From Desulfurococcales archaeon (GTDB lineage: Archaea > Thermoproteota > Thermoprotei_A > Sulfolobales > Desulfurococcaceae): a DNA stretch of 64,000 nucleotides. Location: the NCBI GenBank assembly GCA_027022365.1, contig JALVYU010000026.1, positions 416,001-480,000 of the forward strand, read 5' to 3'. The notes below the pieces were generated by a model. It worked only from the letters and a program-made list of their open reading frames with translations. It was not told where the DNA came from and made no database searches. The position numbers and the translations under genes are program-made. Of the stretch, positions 19,509 to 29,106 are shown piece by piece (positions within the stretch are counted from its first letter, which is position 1; every line of letters starts with the position of its first letter).

Positions 19509-20930
19509 CTATATAACTTGCCTGATCTTTATGGAATGTATCTCTGTTTCTTTCCTCCCGTAAGCCTCTGCTATAATGTCTCCGTATTCGATTTCTCCTA
19601 TTTGTTTCAGCATGTTATAGAGTAGCTGAACTCCCTTGTCATAGTCTATCCGCTTGTCTTCCTTCACCACTCTAATCCTATATGGCCTGATACCGTATCT
19701 AATCGTTAATTCCTCCGAGATCTTATGATCTGCCGAGCCGGCATATACATCCACTTGTGGACGGTATCTAGAAATGAGCGAGGGTATTGTTCCCGTTTTT
19801 GTATAGACCAGTATCTTTGCATTGATATGTTCGGCTAGTAAGGTTAGTCCAAGTGCATATTTTTCGCGCAGTGTGCTGGCAGAATCGGATCTTATCGACT
19901 CTATACTTGTCTTGTTGATATTTGCTTCAGCTATACGCACTATTCTTTTCAACCATCTAATAGTTTCTATCGGATATTTGCCTGTAGCGGTCTCGTTTGT
20001 TAGGAGCAATGCGTCTATGAGATCCATTACTGCATTCATAACGTCAACTACTTCGCTCCTACTTGGCCTAGGGTAGTTGACCATTGTTTCTAGGAGTTGT
20101 GTGGCTACAATGCTGGGTTTACCGTATTTTAGTGATAAATGGGCGATCCTTTTCTGCAGGAACGGTAGTTCTTCGAGAGAATAGTGCATGCCTAGGTCTC
20201 CACGAGCTATAATGACAGCGTCTGAAGCCTCTATAATGCTTCTGAGATTATTAACAGCGGATCTGGTCTCGATCTTAGCGACCAGTTTAAGGGGATCCCT
20301 GGTGAGCCTACCAACAAGATCTCTTACGACTTCCACGTCTTTTGACGTCCTAACATAGCTTAGGGCTAGGAATGTTATGTCTTTATTCACACTATACTTC
20401 ACATATTGTACATCGCGTTCGGTCAACGAGGGTAGATTGATTTCTTTTCCGTGTATGACAAGTGTTTTATGTGGTAGAAGGACGCCGTCGTTTAAAGCTG
20501 TTGCTACTGCTTGGTTTTCCGATACATCCTCTACTCTAAGCATTATTTTCCCGTCATCAAGTAGTACGAGATCACCGATCTCGAGTGTTTCGAAAACCTT
20601 CTTTATAGGTATTGGAATAGTTTTTTCTTCCGAGGCGGAATTTCCTAGGACTAGGAGTATTTTGTCCTTGGTATGTATTTCCTGAGGTTTTATGTCTCCT
20701 ATTCTTATTTGGGGGCCTGGGAGATCACCCATTATTGATACTACGGTGTCCAGCTCGGCAGAAGCGTCGCGGATATAATTGATCCATTCGTCCCAGATCT
20801 TTGGTTCTCCATGAGAGTAATTTATTCTGAAACAGCTGACGCCCTCCGATATCAGTCTCTTTATTATTTCGTAGCTATTTGTCGCTGGGCCCACTGTCGC
20901 GATTATCTTAACACGTGTCGGTGAAGCCAA
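19509..20930 (-). CDS. pyk: Pyruvate kinase
   Basis: KIIATVGPA, RINYSHG, DLPGP, AKIET, ARGDLG, ATQLL, NETATG; TTG start after AGGTGA. Confidence 0.95.
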   Translation of the reverse strand: MASPTRVKIIATVGPATNSYEIIKRLISEGVSCFRINYSHGEPKIWDEWINYIRDASAELDTVVSIMGDLPGPQIRIGDIKPQEIHTKDKILLVLGNSASEEKTIPIPIKKVFETLEIGDLVLLDDGKIMLRVEDVSENQAVATALNDGVLLPHKTLVIHGKEINLPSLTERDVQYVKYSVNKDITFLALSYVRTSKDVEVVRDLVGRLTRDPLKLVAKIETRSAVNNLRSIIEASDAVIIARGDLGMHYSLEELPFLQKRIAHLSLKYGKPSIVATQLLETMVNYPRPSRSEVVDVMNAVMDLIDALLLTNETATGKYPIETIRWLKRIVRIAEANINKTSIESIRSDSASTLREKYALGLTLLAEHINAKILVYTKTGTIPSLISRYRPQVDVYAGSADHKISEELTIRYGIRPYRIRVVKEDKRIDYDKGVQLLYNMLKQIGEIEYGDIIAEAYGRKETEIHSIKIRQVI

Positions 20931-20934
20931 AAGA

Positions 20935-21192
20935 TCACCTCTGTGATTCCTTATATTCCTTAACAGCTTCTTCTTTTGATATCTCTTTTGCACTAGTTAT
21001 CATAACGTAGCCTACATACATTATGAAACCCGAAACTCCAAATATCGCTATTAGTACAGCCGCTCTTATGAGGAGGTCAGAAAATCTGATGCCGCCGACA
21101 TACATGTCTGGAGCGATAACTAGGCCGATAAAATATACGAGAGCAAGCGTAAACCCGAGAATAATAAGTGCTATCCCTAGGGAACGGCTCAT
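20935..21192 (-). CDS. Small two-TM membrane protein
   Basis: Two hydrophobic helices with a charged C-terminus. Confidence 0.7.
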   Translation of the reverse strand: MSRSLGIALIILGFTLALVYFIGLVIAPDMYVGGIRFSDLLIRAAVLIAIFGVSGFIMYVGYVMITSAKEISKEEAVKEYKESQR

Positions 21193-21215
21193 CTTCGATC
21201 AGACCCTAATAACCA

Positions 21216-21527
21216 CTAGATTAAGCCTATTACTTCTCTTACTTTTTTGCCTGGTAGTATACCTAGTTCTTTAGCCTTAGTGGTAGAGGCCTTAATCTGT
21301 GCATCCAGCAAGTCCTCCACAGTCTTAACACCCGAAACCGTTGCGGCGATAAGACCTAGTTTCTCGCACACATCGATATTTAGATACCCGCACATAATGA
21401 AGCCTTTTTCTCCTCTTAGTAGAACCAGGTTAGGCGCGTTTGGAAGCTCTATCTCTATGCCCGTCAGACTGTGATCATTGATATTAAAGTTCTTAATTCT
21501 TATTGATGTATAGGGTAGATTATCCAT
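21216..21527 (-). CDS. DUF1805 (YunC-like) protein
   Basis: GFIMCGYLN...AATVSGVKTVEDLLDA...LGI. Confidence 0.85.
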   Translation of the reverse strand: MDNLPYTSIRIKNFNINDHSLTGIEIELPNAPNLVLLRGEKGFIMCGYLNIDVCEKLGLIAATVSGVKTVEDLLDAQIKASTTKAKELGILPGKKVREVIGLI

Positions 21528-21643
21528 ACAATCACCATTTCATATTTTTGCTTAAATACAGTATTAGAATCTTAACTGTAACTAAAAAGCTAACTACGCT
21601 ATCGATATTTTGATTTATGGCATTAAGGAGTGGAGGAGTTAAT

Positions 21644-21777
21644 GGCGGCCCGATCCCAGCTTGGGGCGGCTGCGAGGCCTCGCGGACCTCACGGCCCACC
21701 CCAACGTGGCCGGCTTAACTTCCGGGTTCGATATGAGTCCGGGTGTTGCCCGGCCACTATGGCCGGGTCGGACCGCC
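21644..21777 (-). rRNA. rrf: 5S rRNA (stand-alone, extended terminal helix)
   Basis: Minus strand: CCGGCCATAG...CACCCGGACTCATATCGAACCCGGAAGTTAAGCC...; termini GGCGGTCCGA / TCGGGCCGCC pair. Confidence 0.95.
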
Positions 21778-21804
21778 GATAACCTAGATTAGAGTGGCTA
21801 GCTT

Positions 21805-22077
21805 TTAAGTTTTTCTTTCTTCGAGTTTTACCGAGTAAATAGCTTTTATCACTAATTCTCCGCCGCACTTGGGGCATTTCCCTTTGACGAGGGATATAAA
21901 GTCTCCTGGTTCGTAGTCTCTTTCTGCTTCGTAGCCGCACTTCTTACATACAATTATTTCTTTTGGGATATACTTGGCTTGTTTGGGTTTGCGCCTATAC
22001 TCCATGTATAATTGTATGACTAGTATTGCGAGAGCGACAAGTGTTAGTATGAGCATTGTGTTCTGGTCGAATATCAT
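21805..22077 (-). CDS. Membrane-anchored Zn-ribbon protein
   Basis: N-terminal TM helix plus CKKC...CPKC; overlaps the DUF1512 stop. Confidence 0.75.
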   Translation of the reverse strand: MIFDQNTMLILTLVALAILVIQLYMEYRRKPKQAKYIPKEIIVCKKCGYEAERDYEPGDFISLVKGKCPKCGGELVIKAIYSVKLEERKT

Positions 22078-23168
22078 CCCGGTACACCTAATGTGTTCCC
22101 TATTCCGGCCACTATTATTGTGGATTTGGGCTTGGTAGACTCTATTATTATTCTACGCACATATTCGAGGGCTTTTTCGCCTGCATCATATATTTCTTTT
22201 TTCATAGTATGTATTGCTTCGCCTAAATCCATCTTAATTACTAGTGCTTTAAGAGGAATACCGTACTTTGTCGTTGCTCTCTCTATGGCTATCTTTTCGG
22301 GTCCCGGATCACCTATTGCGGCTCCAATGCCCTCGGCTATTTCGCCCGTTTCTTCTCCCTCAAGCTTTAATGCAGCATCAATTGTTATGACGAGGTCGAC
22401 TCCGCCTTTGAGTTCCTCTACTAGGTCATAAAGAACATGGCCTGGCCTCCCGACATTGCTTCCTGGCCCTTCTGCCTTGATAACATATATTCTGCGATCA
22501 TCGAGCCATAGCTCCGTTATACTTGTATCCTCTACTACTTTCTTTGAGATCACCTTTCCTAGCTCGATCAGTCTATAGGCTACGAGAGGCCCTACGCTGT
22601 CACCTATTGGCGTGCCAGTTAGGAATGCATCTAGGGATTTATGATATGTTTCGACGATCCTCATTATTTGGGGCATAGCCATTTCTAATTGCATTAAAAG
22701 TATCCAGTTGTTCTCTTTCTCTCCAGATAATAAGTAGTGGCGGACAATTTTGTATATCTGGTTAATAACTCCAACTATAGATAATCCGGTCTCAACAAGG
22801 CTCCGTTCGTACTTTGTGGATGTAGGTATAGCTCGTTCAACCATTTTCCTGAAGCTTTTATCTCCCGTTATGATCAGGTGTTCTAGGCGTTTTATTATAT
22901 CAGTGGGCTCTATGTCCACTGGCTGTATTATAAAAAAGTCCATGGCACGCTTGATGAGTAGATCAGGAGATTTTACTCCCAGGTTTTTGAGTTGTCTCTC
23001 CACACGTGCCCGGTCTTGTTCTAGGTATGATTTTATGACTGACAACTTGTTCCTTATATCATAGCTCCATAGACGCATCTGGATCTTTTGGTTGGCCCCG
23101 GTGAATATCAGTATAAACAATATTATCCATATGAGCTGTGTTGCCAGCGAGACCCAGTCGGTCGCCAA
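22074..23168 (-). CDS. DUF1512 family protein
   Basis: PIGDSVGPLVA, KAEGPGSNVG, IDAALKLEGE, GIGNTLGV. Confidence 0.85.
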   Translation of the reverse strand: MATDWVSLATQLIWIILFILIFTGANQKIQMRLWSYDIRNKLSVIKSYLEQDRARVERQLKNLGVKSPDLLIKRAMDFFIIQPVDIEPTDIIKRLEHLIITGDKSFRKMVERAIPTSTKYERSLVETGLSIVGVINQIYKIVRHYLLSGEKENNWILLMQLEMAMPQIMRIVETYHKSLDAFLTGTPIGDSVGPLVAYRLIELGKVISKKVVEDTSITELWLDDRRIYVIKAEGPGSNVGRPGHVLYDLVEELKGGVDLVITIDAALKLEGEETGEIAEGIGAAIGDPGPEKIAIERATTKYGIPLKALVIKMDLGEAIHTMKKEIYDAGEKALEYVRRIIIESTKPKSTIIVAGIGNTLGVPG

Positions 23169-23246
23169 TAACTATTACACCTTAACACTCTGTCTCTCCT
23201 AGGGTGTAATGTACTCGTATCTTAATATTTTTAATCCAAACACGCC

Positions 23247-24152
23247 TTATAGAGTTGTAACGATAATTTCATCATCATTAACAACTATTGTATGTTCGAA
23301 CTGGGCAACTATTCCTCCTCCCCTCTCAATCAGTATGGGGTAAGACAAGATCACACCGTGGCGTTCAAGCATCTTAATAGTATTTCTTAAGCCATTAATA
23401 CTCGAAAACATGTCCTTGTACCATCGCTCACAGAACGGTAGAGTGCGTCTTTCACTCCATATTTTCTCGAACAATTTTCGCTCGTACATGGTTAGCCTAC
23501 CTCGTTTCTTTTTAATTGAGTATATGGTCTTCGTTTTCCCCTCCTTTACTAGTCCAACACCGTTGGTTGCGAAAGGCTCTATAGCATATACACCGTCCTC
23601 AAGCCTCCATCTGCTGAATATGTCGTTAAAGTTAGGTATGCTTTTGCCGCTATGTATAACGTATCGGTCGATACTATGGCCTGTCAGATTTCTTACTGGT
23701 TTATAGCCGTAGCTTTCTATAGTTGTCTCAATAATGTATCCAATCTCCTTGGCTTTTATCCCGGGTTTAAGAATAGATAGTGCAGCTTCTAGTGCTTTTC
23801 TTGTAGCCTCAAGGAGAGGCTCATAAACTGGATTGAATGTCACGGTTGTTGCGGTGTCAGCGATGTAACCATCGATATGTACTCCTATATCTATCTTTAT
23901 GACGGCGTTATCGGGGACTATAGTTTCATCATTAATGACTGGTGTATAATGTGCAGCGATTTCGTTAATACTTAGATTTGTCGGGAAAGCAGGTTCACCG
24001 CCTAGCTCCCTTATCCTGTTCTCAATATGCTCTGCGAGATCAATGAGTTTCATCCCAGGTTTTACCATCTTCGCAGCTTCTTCACGAACGATCTTTGCTA
24101 TTCTTCCAGCTCTGACCAGCTTGTCTATAGCTTCGTCGTCTAGTTTACCCAA
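23247..24152 (-). CDS. map: Type II methionine aminopeptidase
   Basis: AAHYTP, KIDIGVHIDGYIADTA, NLTGH, AIEPFAT, AQFEHT. Confidence 0.96.
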   Translation of the reverse strand: MGKLDDEAIDKLVRAGRIAKIVREEAAKMVKPGMKLIDLAEHIENRIRELGGEPAFPTNLSINEIAAHYTPVINDETIVPDNAVIKIDIGVHIDGYIADTATTVTFNPVYEPLLEATRKALEAALSILKPGIKAKEIGYIIETTIESYGYKPVRNLTGHSIDRYVIHSGKSIPNFNDIFSRWRLEDGVYAIEPFATNGVGLVKEGKTKTIYSIKKKRGRLTMYERKLFEKIWSERRTLPFCERWYKDMFSSINGLRNTIKMLERHGVILSYPILIERGGGIVAQFEHTIVVNDDEIIVTTL

Positions 24153-24266
24153 TAGTTTTCACCAATATAGTAGAGCTTACCGAAGAATATTATGTTTCTT
24201 GTTTAAAGATTTATTTCGGGTATAGTCACTAAAAGAATAAACGGAATAAATGCGCAGTTCTAAGGG

Positions 24267-24962
24267 GTGATAATCATGGCCATAATAAAGTATCTGGGCC
24301 ACTCAGCATTCGAGGTAGTATTGACAGGTCTTGACGGCAAGGAGAAAACAATATTGATCGATCCATGGCTAGAAAACCCGCTTAGCCCGGTTAAAGTAGA
24401 TGATTATAAGAAAAAGCCTATTGACTACATATTTGTCACACATGATCATGGTGACCACATAGGAAATGCTATTGAAATAGCCAAAGCCACAGGCGCCAAG
24501 ATAGTCGGCGTATTTGAGGTAGCCCTTTATGCAAATGAGCAAGGAGTAGATGCTGTGGACGGAAATATTGGCGGAAAACTAAAGATTCCGGATCTAGAAG
24601 TGGTTATGACACCAGCCCTGCATAGTAGCCAGCGCGGCGTCCCCGTAGGATTTGTGATCAGAGGAAAAGACATAAGCATATATCATGCAGGCGATACCGG
24701 TCTTTTCGCTGAAATGAGCCTTATAGGCGAGCTATACTCTCCCGATATAGCAATGCTCCCGATAGGTGGGCACTATACTATGGGCGTGAAGGAGGCTGTA
24801 AAAGCAGTACATATGATAAGACCGAGAATAGCAATACCCATGCACTATAATACATTCCCACCTATAAAAACCGATCCTGAGAAGTTCAAAGAACTAGTTG
24901 AAAATACCACTACGACGAAGGTCGTAATACTAAAACCTGGAGAAACACTTACCTATCCATAA
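24267..24962 (+). CDS. UPF0173 metallo-beta-lactamase-fold hydrolase
   Basis: LGHSAF, THDHGDH, YHAGDT, PMHYNTF. Confidence 0.9.
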   Translation: MIIMAIIKYLGHSAFEVVLTGLDGKEKTILIDPWLENPLSPVKVDDYKKKPIDYIFVTHDHGDHIGNAIEIAKATGAKIVGVFEVALYANEQGVDAVDGNIGGKLKIPDLEVVMTPALHSSQRGVPVGFVIRGKDISIYHAGDTGLFAEMSLIGELYSPDIAMLPIGGHYTMGVKEAVKAVHMIRPRIAIPMHYNTFPPIKTDPEKFKELVENTTTTKVVILKPGETLTYP

Positions 24963-25036
24963 CATGTTATCTTGTTTATTTAATCAATGATAATATTTTT
25001 ATATGAAACAATATAAGAATTGAATATTCTCAGTTA

Positions 25037-25146
25037 GCGGCCCGGGGAGACAGCCCCACCCCCACTATTAAGAGCCCGTGTGAGCAGAGCCGTACGGCTT
25101 CGATGATCACGGGTGTTAGTGGTGGGGGACAGCCCTAAAGGGCCGC
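25037..25146 (+). ncRNA. Structured RNA: H/ACA-like hairpin with K-turn inside a terminal helix and BHB-like motif
   Basis: GC-rich island in an AT-rich spacer; CCCCACC/GGTGGGG lower stem, CCCGTG/CACGGG upper stem, TGA...GATGA K-turn, ACA 15 nt after the upper stem, GCGGCCC/GGGCCGC ends. Confidence 0.72.
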
Positions 25147-25336
25147 AGAATTATCGATCTATAGGTTCATGGTTTATCGGATAAATAATCATAGATCTAG
25201 ATATTGATTATATTTAATGGTGTAAACAATGATTTAATACCGTAAATGTATAATCTGAACTCTAAAATAGCTATTTACACAGCAGAATAAGCGGGCGTAT
25301 CACGCTCATCACATTACCTAAACAACTAGGAAAAGG

Positions 25337-26644
25337 GTGATGATATTGACCAAGTACTTGATAAAAGCAAAAGTCGAAGTTAACGGCGCAGTGGAAAAAC
25401 ATGATATCATAGGGGCGATATTCGGTCAAACCGAAGGCTTGCTTGGCGAACAGTTCGATTTGAGAGCACTGCAGGACAAGGGGAGAATCGGGAGGATCCA
25501 GGTAAACACACGCACATATAATGGCAAGACCGTCGGCGAGATAATAATACCGAGCAATCTTGATCGGATAGAGACAGCACTAATAGCCGCAATGATAGAA
25601 AGTGTTGAGAGAGTAGGTCCCTACAATGCAAAAATACAAGTAGTCGACATTATCGATGTCAGGATGGAGAAGATTAAACGAATAGTTGAACGCGCTAAGG
25701 AAATATTGAGAATGTGGTCACGTACTAAATCGCCAGACCTCAAAGAGATACTGCTTGAAATACAACAGGCAATGAAGACACCCGAGCCCATAAAATATGG
25801 TCCAGAAGGACTACCAGCGGGACCGGATGTTGAACGAAGCGATACAATAATACTCGTAGAAGGACGTGCCGATGTAATTAACCTACTCAGATACGGTATA
25901 ACCAATACAATCGCTCTGGGCGGTGCAAGAAAAGTTCCAGAAACAATATCTAGTCTTGCTAAGAAGAAAAAGGTGATAGCCTTCCTGGACGGAGATCATG
26001 GCGGCGACTTAATACTAAAAGAAATACTGCGAAGCATAAAGGTAGATAAAATAGCAAGAGCTCCTCCTGGAAAGGAGGTTGAAGAGCTGACCGGGAGAGA
26101 AATCAAAGAAGCACTATCAAAGGCTATTCCTACCAAGAAGTACCTCGAGGATCTTATGGCAGCTGGAAGTAAAGAAGCACAATATCTCCTACAAGTACAA
26201 GAACGCCTAAGCAGACAAGCAGCCCCCCAGCCTCTTAAGAAACATGCTCCGAAGCCCCAGTTAGTTGAAGAGACAGTCAAGGAAAAAGAGGAAAAACCCA
26301 TTGAAAAAGAAAAGACCGAAACAAGACAGGTTGTCGAAGAAGTTATCAGTATACCAAAGAACATTAGATCAGACATTAAGTCGCTTCTAGGGACACTCGA
26401 GGCAATACTTTATACTGAAGACTGGAAACCAATCAAAAGAATACCTGTTAGAGACCTAGTCAACGTTCTCGACGAGCTAGACGAAGGCGCTGTTTATGCT
26501 GTAATATTTGATGGTATCGTTACACAGAGACTTGTTGAAAAAGCAGGTGCTAAAAAAGTTAAACTATTGATAGGTGCTAAAATAGGAAAGATTAATGAAA
26601 AACCTCAAGATGTAATAATTCTTACATTTAATGATCTATTATAA
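25337..26644 (+). CDS. dnaG: Archaeal DnaG (exosome-associated)
   Basis: GAIFGQTEGLLG, TOPRIM VEGRADV and DGDHGG, FDGIVTQRL. Confidence 0.95.
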   Translation: MMILTKYLIKAKVEVNGAVEKHDIIGAIFGQTEGLLGEQFDLRALQDKGRIGRIQVNTRTYNGKTVGEIIIPSNLDRIETALIAAMIESVERVGPYNAKIQVVDIIDVRMEKIKRIVERAKEILRMWSRTKSPDLKEILLEIQQAMKTPEPIKYGPEGLPAGPDVERSDTIILVEGRADVINLLRYGITNTIALGGARKVPETISSLAKKKKVIAFLDGDHGGDLILKEILRSIKVDKIARAPPGKEVEELTGREIKEALSKAIPTKKYLEDLMAAGSKEAQYLLQVQERLSRQAAPQPLKKHAPKPQLVEETVKEKEEKPIEKEKTETRQVVEEVISIPKNIRSDIKSLLGTLEAILYTEDWKPIKRIPVRDLVNVLDELDEGAVYAVIFDGIVTQRLVEKAGAKKVKLLIGAKIGKINEKPQDVIILTFNDLL

Positions 26645-26651
26645 CACAATA

Positions 26652-29060
26652 CTATTTTTTACTGCCGAAAAAATCGAACAGGCTTTTTTGCCCGGCTGTC
26701 CGGGCAGCCATTTTTAGTTGCGTTTCAGAAACGCCGAAATAGCCTAGAATTCTCATTGCTGCAGGAATTATCTGGTGATCAATATAATACTCTGTATCAA
26801 CGACCTTGGGATCCTTGACTAGGATATATGGCTCTGCCCGACTCGAGATCTTACCACTACCCTTAGCTATGATATATCCTACTTTATCACCTGTTGAGAG
26901 CTTTAAACCTAGTCTCATCAGCTTTTTCGCGGCAACAACATGTGGTGCGTCAACGCTATATTCTTCAAGCCTCTTAGAAAGTGTTTTCCAGATTATGAGT
27001 TTGTTGAGAGGTACTTTACCCTGCTTAAGATCCGCTATTACTTTTCTCACATACTCTATTGCTTTCTCGGTACTTCTCTCCTTCAACAATATCTCTGTGA
27101 TCTTTTCCTGTACCTCCTTTGCGATCTCTGCCCAATCACCTCTAACGGCTTCAAAGCCAACAATGTCTATTCTTCCGTCGCTCAATAAGCCCGCATATCT
27201 TTTCTTTGCCTCAGTGAAGAATATGCGTTTATAGATCTTGTCGATCTTAATGTCTAGGCCGAGCTCATCCCTGATTCTCCTTATTAGTTCTTCGATTTTC
27301 TCCTTGTCATATGTAACAAATAGCGAATCGGTATCTCCATATATTACCTTAAGGCCAAGTGATTCAGCAATTTTAATGGCGTAACGTATGGTCTGGCGCC
27401 CCCACGCCGTCACGGCTTCTGCGCATTCCCTACAATACCATCTTGCGCCGACCCAGCCCATATAGCCATAAGTAGCATTAGCGAGAATCTTAACTGCTTT
27501 CTGTCTTTCATTCAATAATCTGTATTCATAGCTATCCGGGGGATACTTCTTCATTTCCTCCTTAATGGATTTCCTAAGCTCCAGAAGCGTTAACAGTACT
27601 TTCTTAAAGAACCCTTCAGGTTCCTTTCTGAAACAGTGACCTACTTCTGGTGCTACATAATGTTTTTCAGGATTGCATGCTTCGTCTCTAACTATGGTGT
27701 CCGGACCAACGTTATATTTTATCATAATACTGGGATACATGCTCGAGAAGTCGAGCACCGCGATGTTCTCATGTACTCCTTTTACCGGCTTAAGAACCAC
27801 CGCACCGCGATAAGACTCGTATGGTCTCTCGATCCTATTGGGTACTAGCTCATTATATCTATATGCCTCCCTCATTAGATACCATTCTAGCCTAAATCCG
27901 ACACTGGCTGCTCCGACCTGGTCCAGGGGTAATCCCGTTAAATTCGCTAGTTGCATGCCAAACGGAACGAATTTCTCCATTAAGCCAAAAGTCGCCTCGA
28001 CATCTTCTCTGTTGTATCTAAGGAGAAGAGGTCTGAGTTTCGGATCATCCCAGTACTTCGGCATATCTAAGTAATCTATTAGTATTCTCTCACTTTTCTT
28101 CATAACACCTAGATAGTCGGCAACATTTTCCAAAGACTTAATCTTTACCTCAGGTATTTCTTCAGCATAATCATACAGATCAACGTTTAAACGGCCGGGA
28201 ACGGATATATGTCCATATGTACTCGTCCTAGGAACTACACCTACTCGTCTTGACACATCTAGGCGTAAACCTATCTTCTTAGTTCTCTCGATCAGATATG
28301 GCCAATCGAAGCCATTACTATTATAACCAACGATTATGTCGGGATCATATGTTTTAATATAGTTAATAAAACCATTTATAGCCACACGATCATCTTTATC
28401 ATTGGCTAGAAACTGTTTGAAACCATTATCAGTATCCTTAACACCTATTATTATCACAGGATCTTTTTCGGGTTTAGGACTACCGCTTTTTGTATAAACC
28501 TCTATATCAAATGCCGCATACCTTAGATCTTTAGGCGGTGTTGTATCGTTTAGCGGCTCTATATTCCCGACTATTTCATATTCTTCGTCAACACGGTACC
28601 CCGGCTTCTTAGGGATCTTCCTTACTTCGGCTTTGTGCCACCCGCAAGGTCGGAGATCATGATCGATTATATATCTCATGCTGAACCTTATGTCTGCTTC
28701 AACAACATCCCTAATTCCCTTTATCTTCCTAATTTTTTCTCTATATCTTCTAACACTCTCCGGGATCATAGTGGTTATTTTGAGAGCCTGCACAGGCTTT
28801 CCGAAATATTTCTTTTCTGTGAAGGAGATATCTATTATCGGTGAACGTGGATCTGATAAGGATTTTATTTCTCGAATAATTCGTCCTACATCCGTGCCCT
28901 CCTCGAGGATAGCATAAAAGTACGGTCTGAACCTCTTATCTCGCAACAGAATTCTTTTTCCATCCCGAGTTACACCCCATATGATTATGTGGGGCTCCGC
29001 ACCGACAACCTCGTAGGTATTATCAAGGAAATAGAACTCTATAATCATGTAAACACCCAT
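26652..29060 (-). CDS. polB3: DNA polymerase B3
   Basis: FDIE exonuclease, DFSSMYPS, KILANATYG, YGDTDS; C-terminal PIP box QKSLFDFF. Confidence 0.93.
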   Translation of the reverse strand: MGVYMIIEFYFLDNTYEVVGAEPHIIIWGVTRDGKRILLRDKRFRPYFYAILEEGTDVGRIIREIKSLSDPRSPIIDISFTEKKYFGKPVQALKITTMIPESVRRYREKIRKIKGIRDVVEADIRFSMRYIIDHDLRPCGWHKAEVRKIPKKPGYRVDEEYEIVGNIEPLNDTTPPKDLRYAAFDIEVYTKSGSPKPEKDPVIIIGVKDTDNGFKQFLANDKDDRVAINGFINYIKTYDPDIIVGYNSNGFDWPYLIERTKKIGLRLDVSRRVGVVPRTSTYGHISVPGRLNVDLYDYAEEIPEVKIKSLENVADYLGVMKKSERILIDYLDMPKYWDDPKLRPLLLRYNREDVEATFGLMEKFVPFGMQLANLTGLPLDQVGAASVGFRLEWYLMREAYRYNELVPNRIERPYESYRGAVVLKPVKGVHENIAVLDFSSMYPSIMIKYNVGPDTIVRDEACNPEKHYVAPEVGHCFRKEPEGFFKKVLLTLLELRKSIKEEMKKYPPDSYEYRLLNERQKAVKILANATYGYMGWVGARWYCRECAEAVTAWGRQTIRYAIKIAESLGLKVIYGDTDSLFVTYDKEKIEELIRRIRDELGLDIKIDKIYKRIFFTEAKKRYAGLLSDGRIDIVGFEAVRGDWAEIAKEVQEKITEILLKERSTEKAIEYVRKVIADLKQGKVPLNKLIIWKTLSKRLEEYSVDAPHVVAAKKLMRLGLKLSTGDKVGYIIAKGSGKISSRAEPYILVKDPKVVDTEYYIDHQIIPAAMRILGYFGVSETQLKMAARTAGQKSLFDFFGSKK

Positions 29061-29106
29061 AATTCATCTATATTAATAGAGTTAGATAACTATTAATTCC
29101 TCTTGA

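Noticed and set aside
20931-20993. N-terminal extension of pyruvate kinase in the track
   Set aside because: Overlaps the upstream gene; the SD-preceded TTG at 20930 is the better start
21689-21940. 83-aa Arg-rich ORF
   Set aside because: Overlaps the 5S rRNA and a real Zn-ribbon gene
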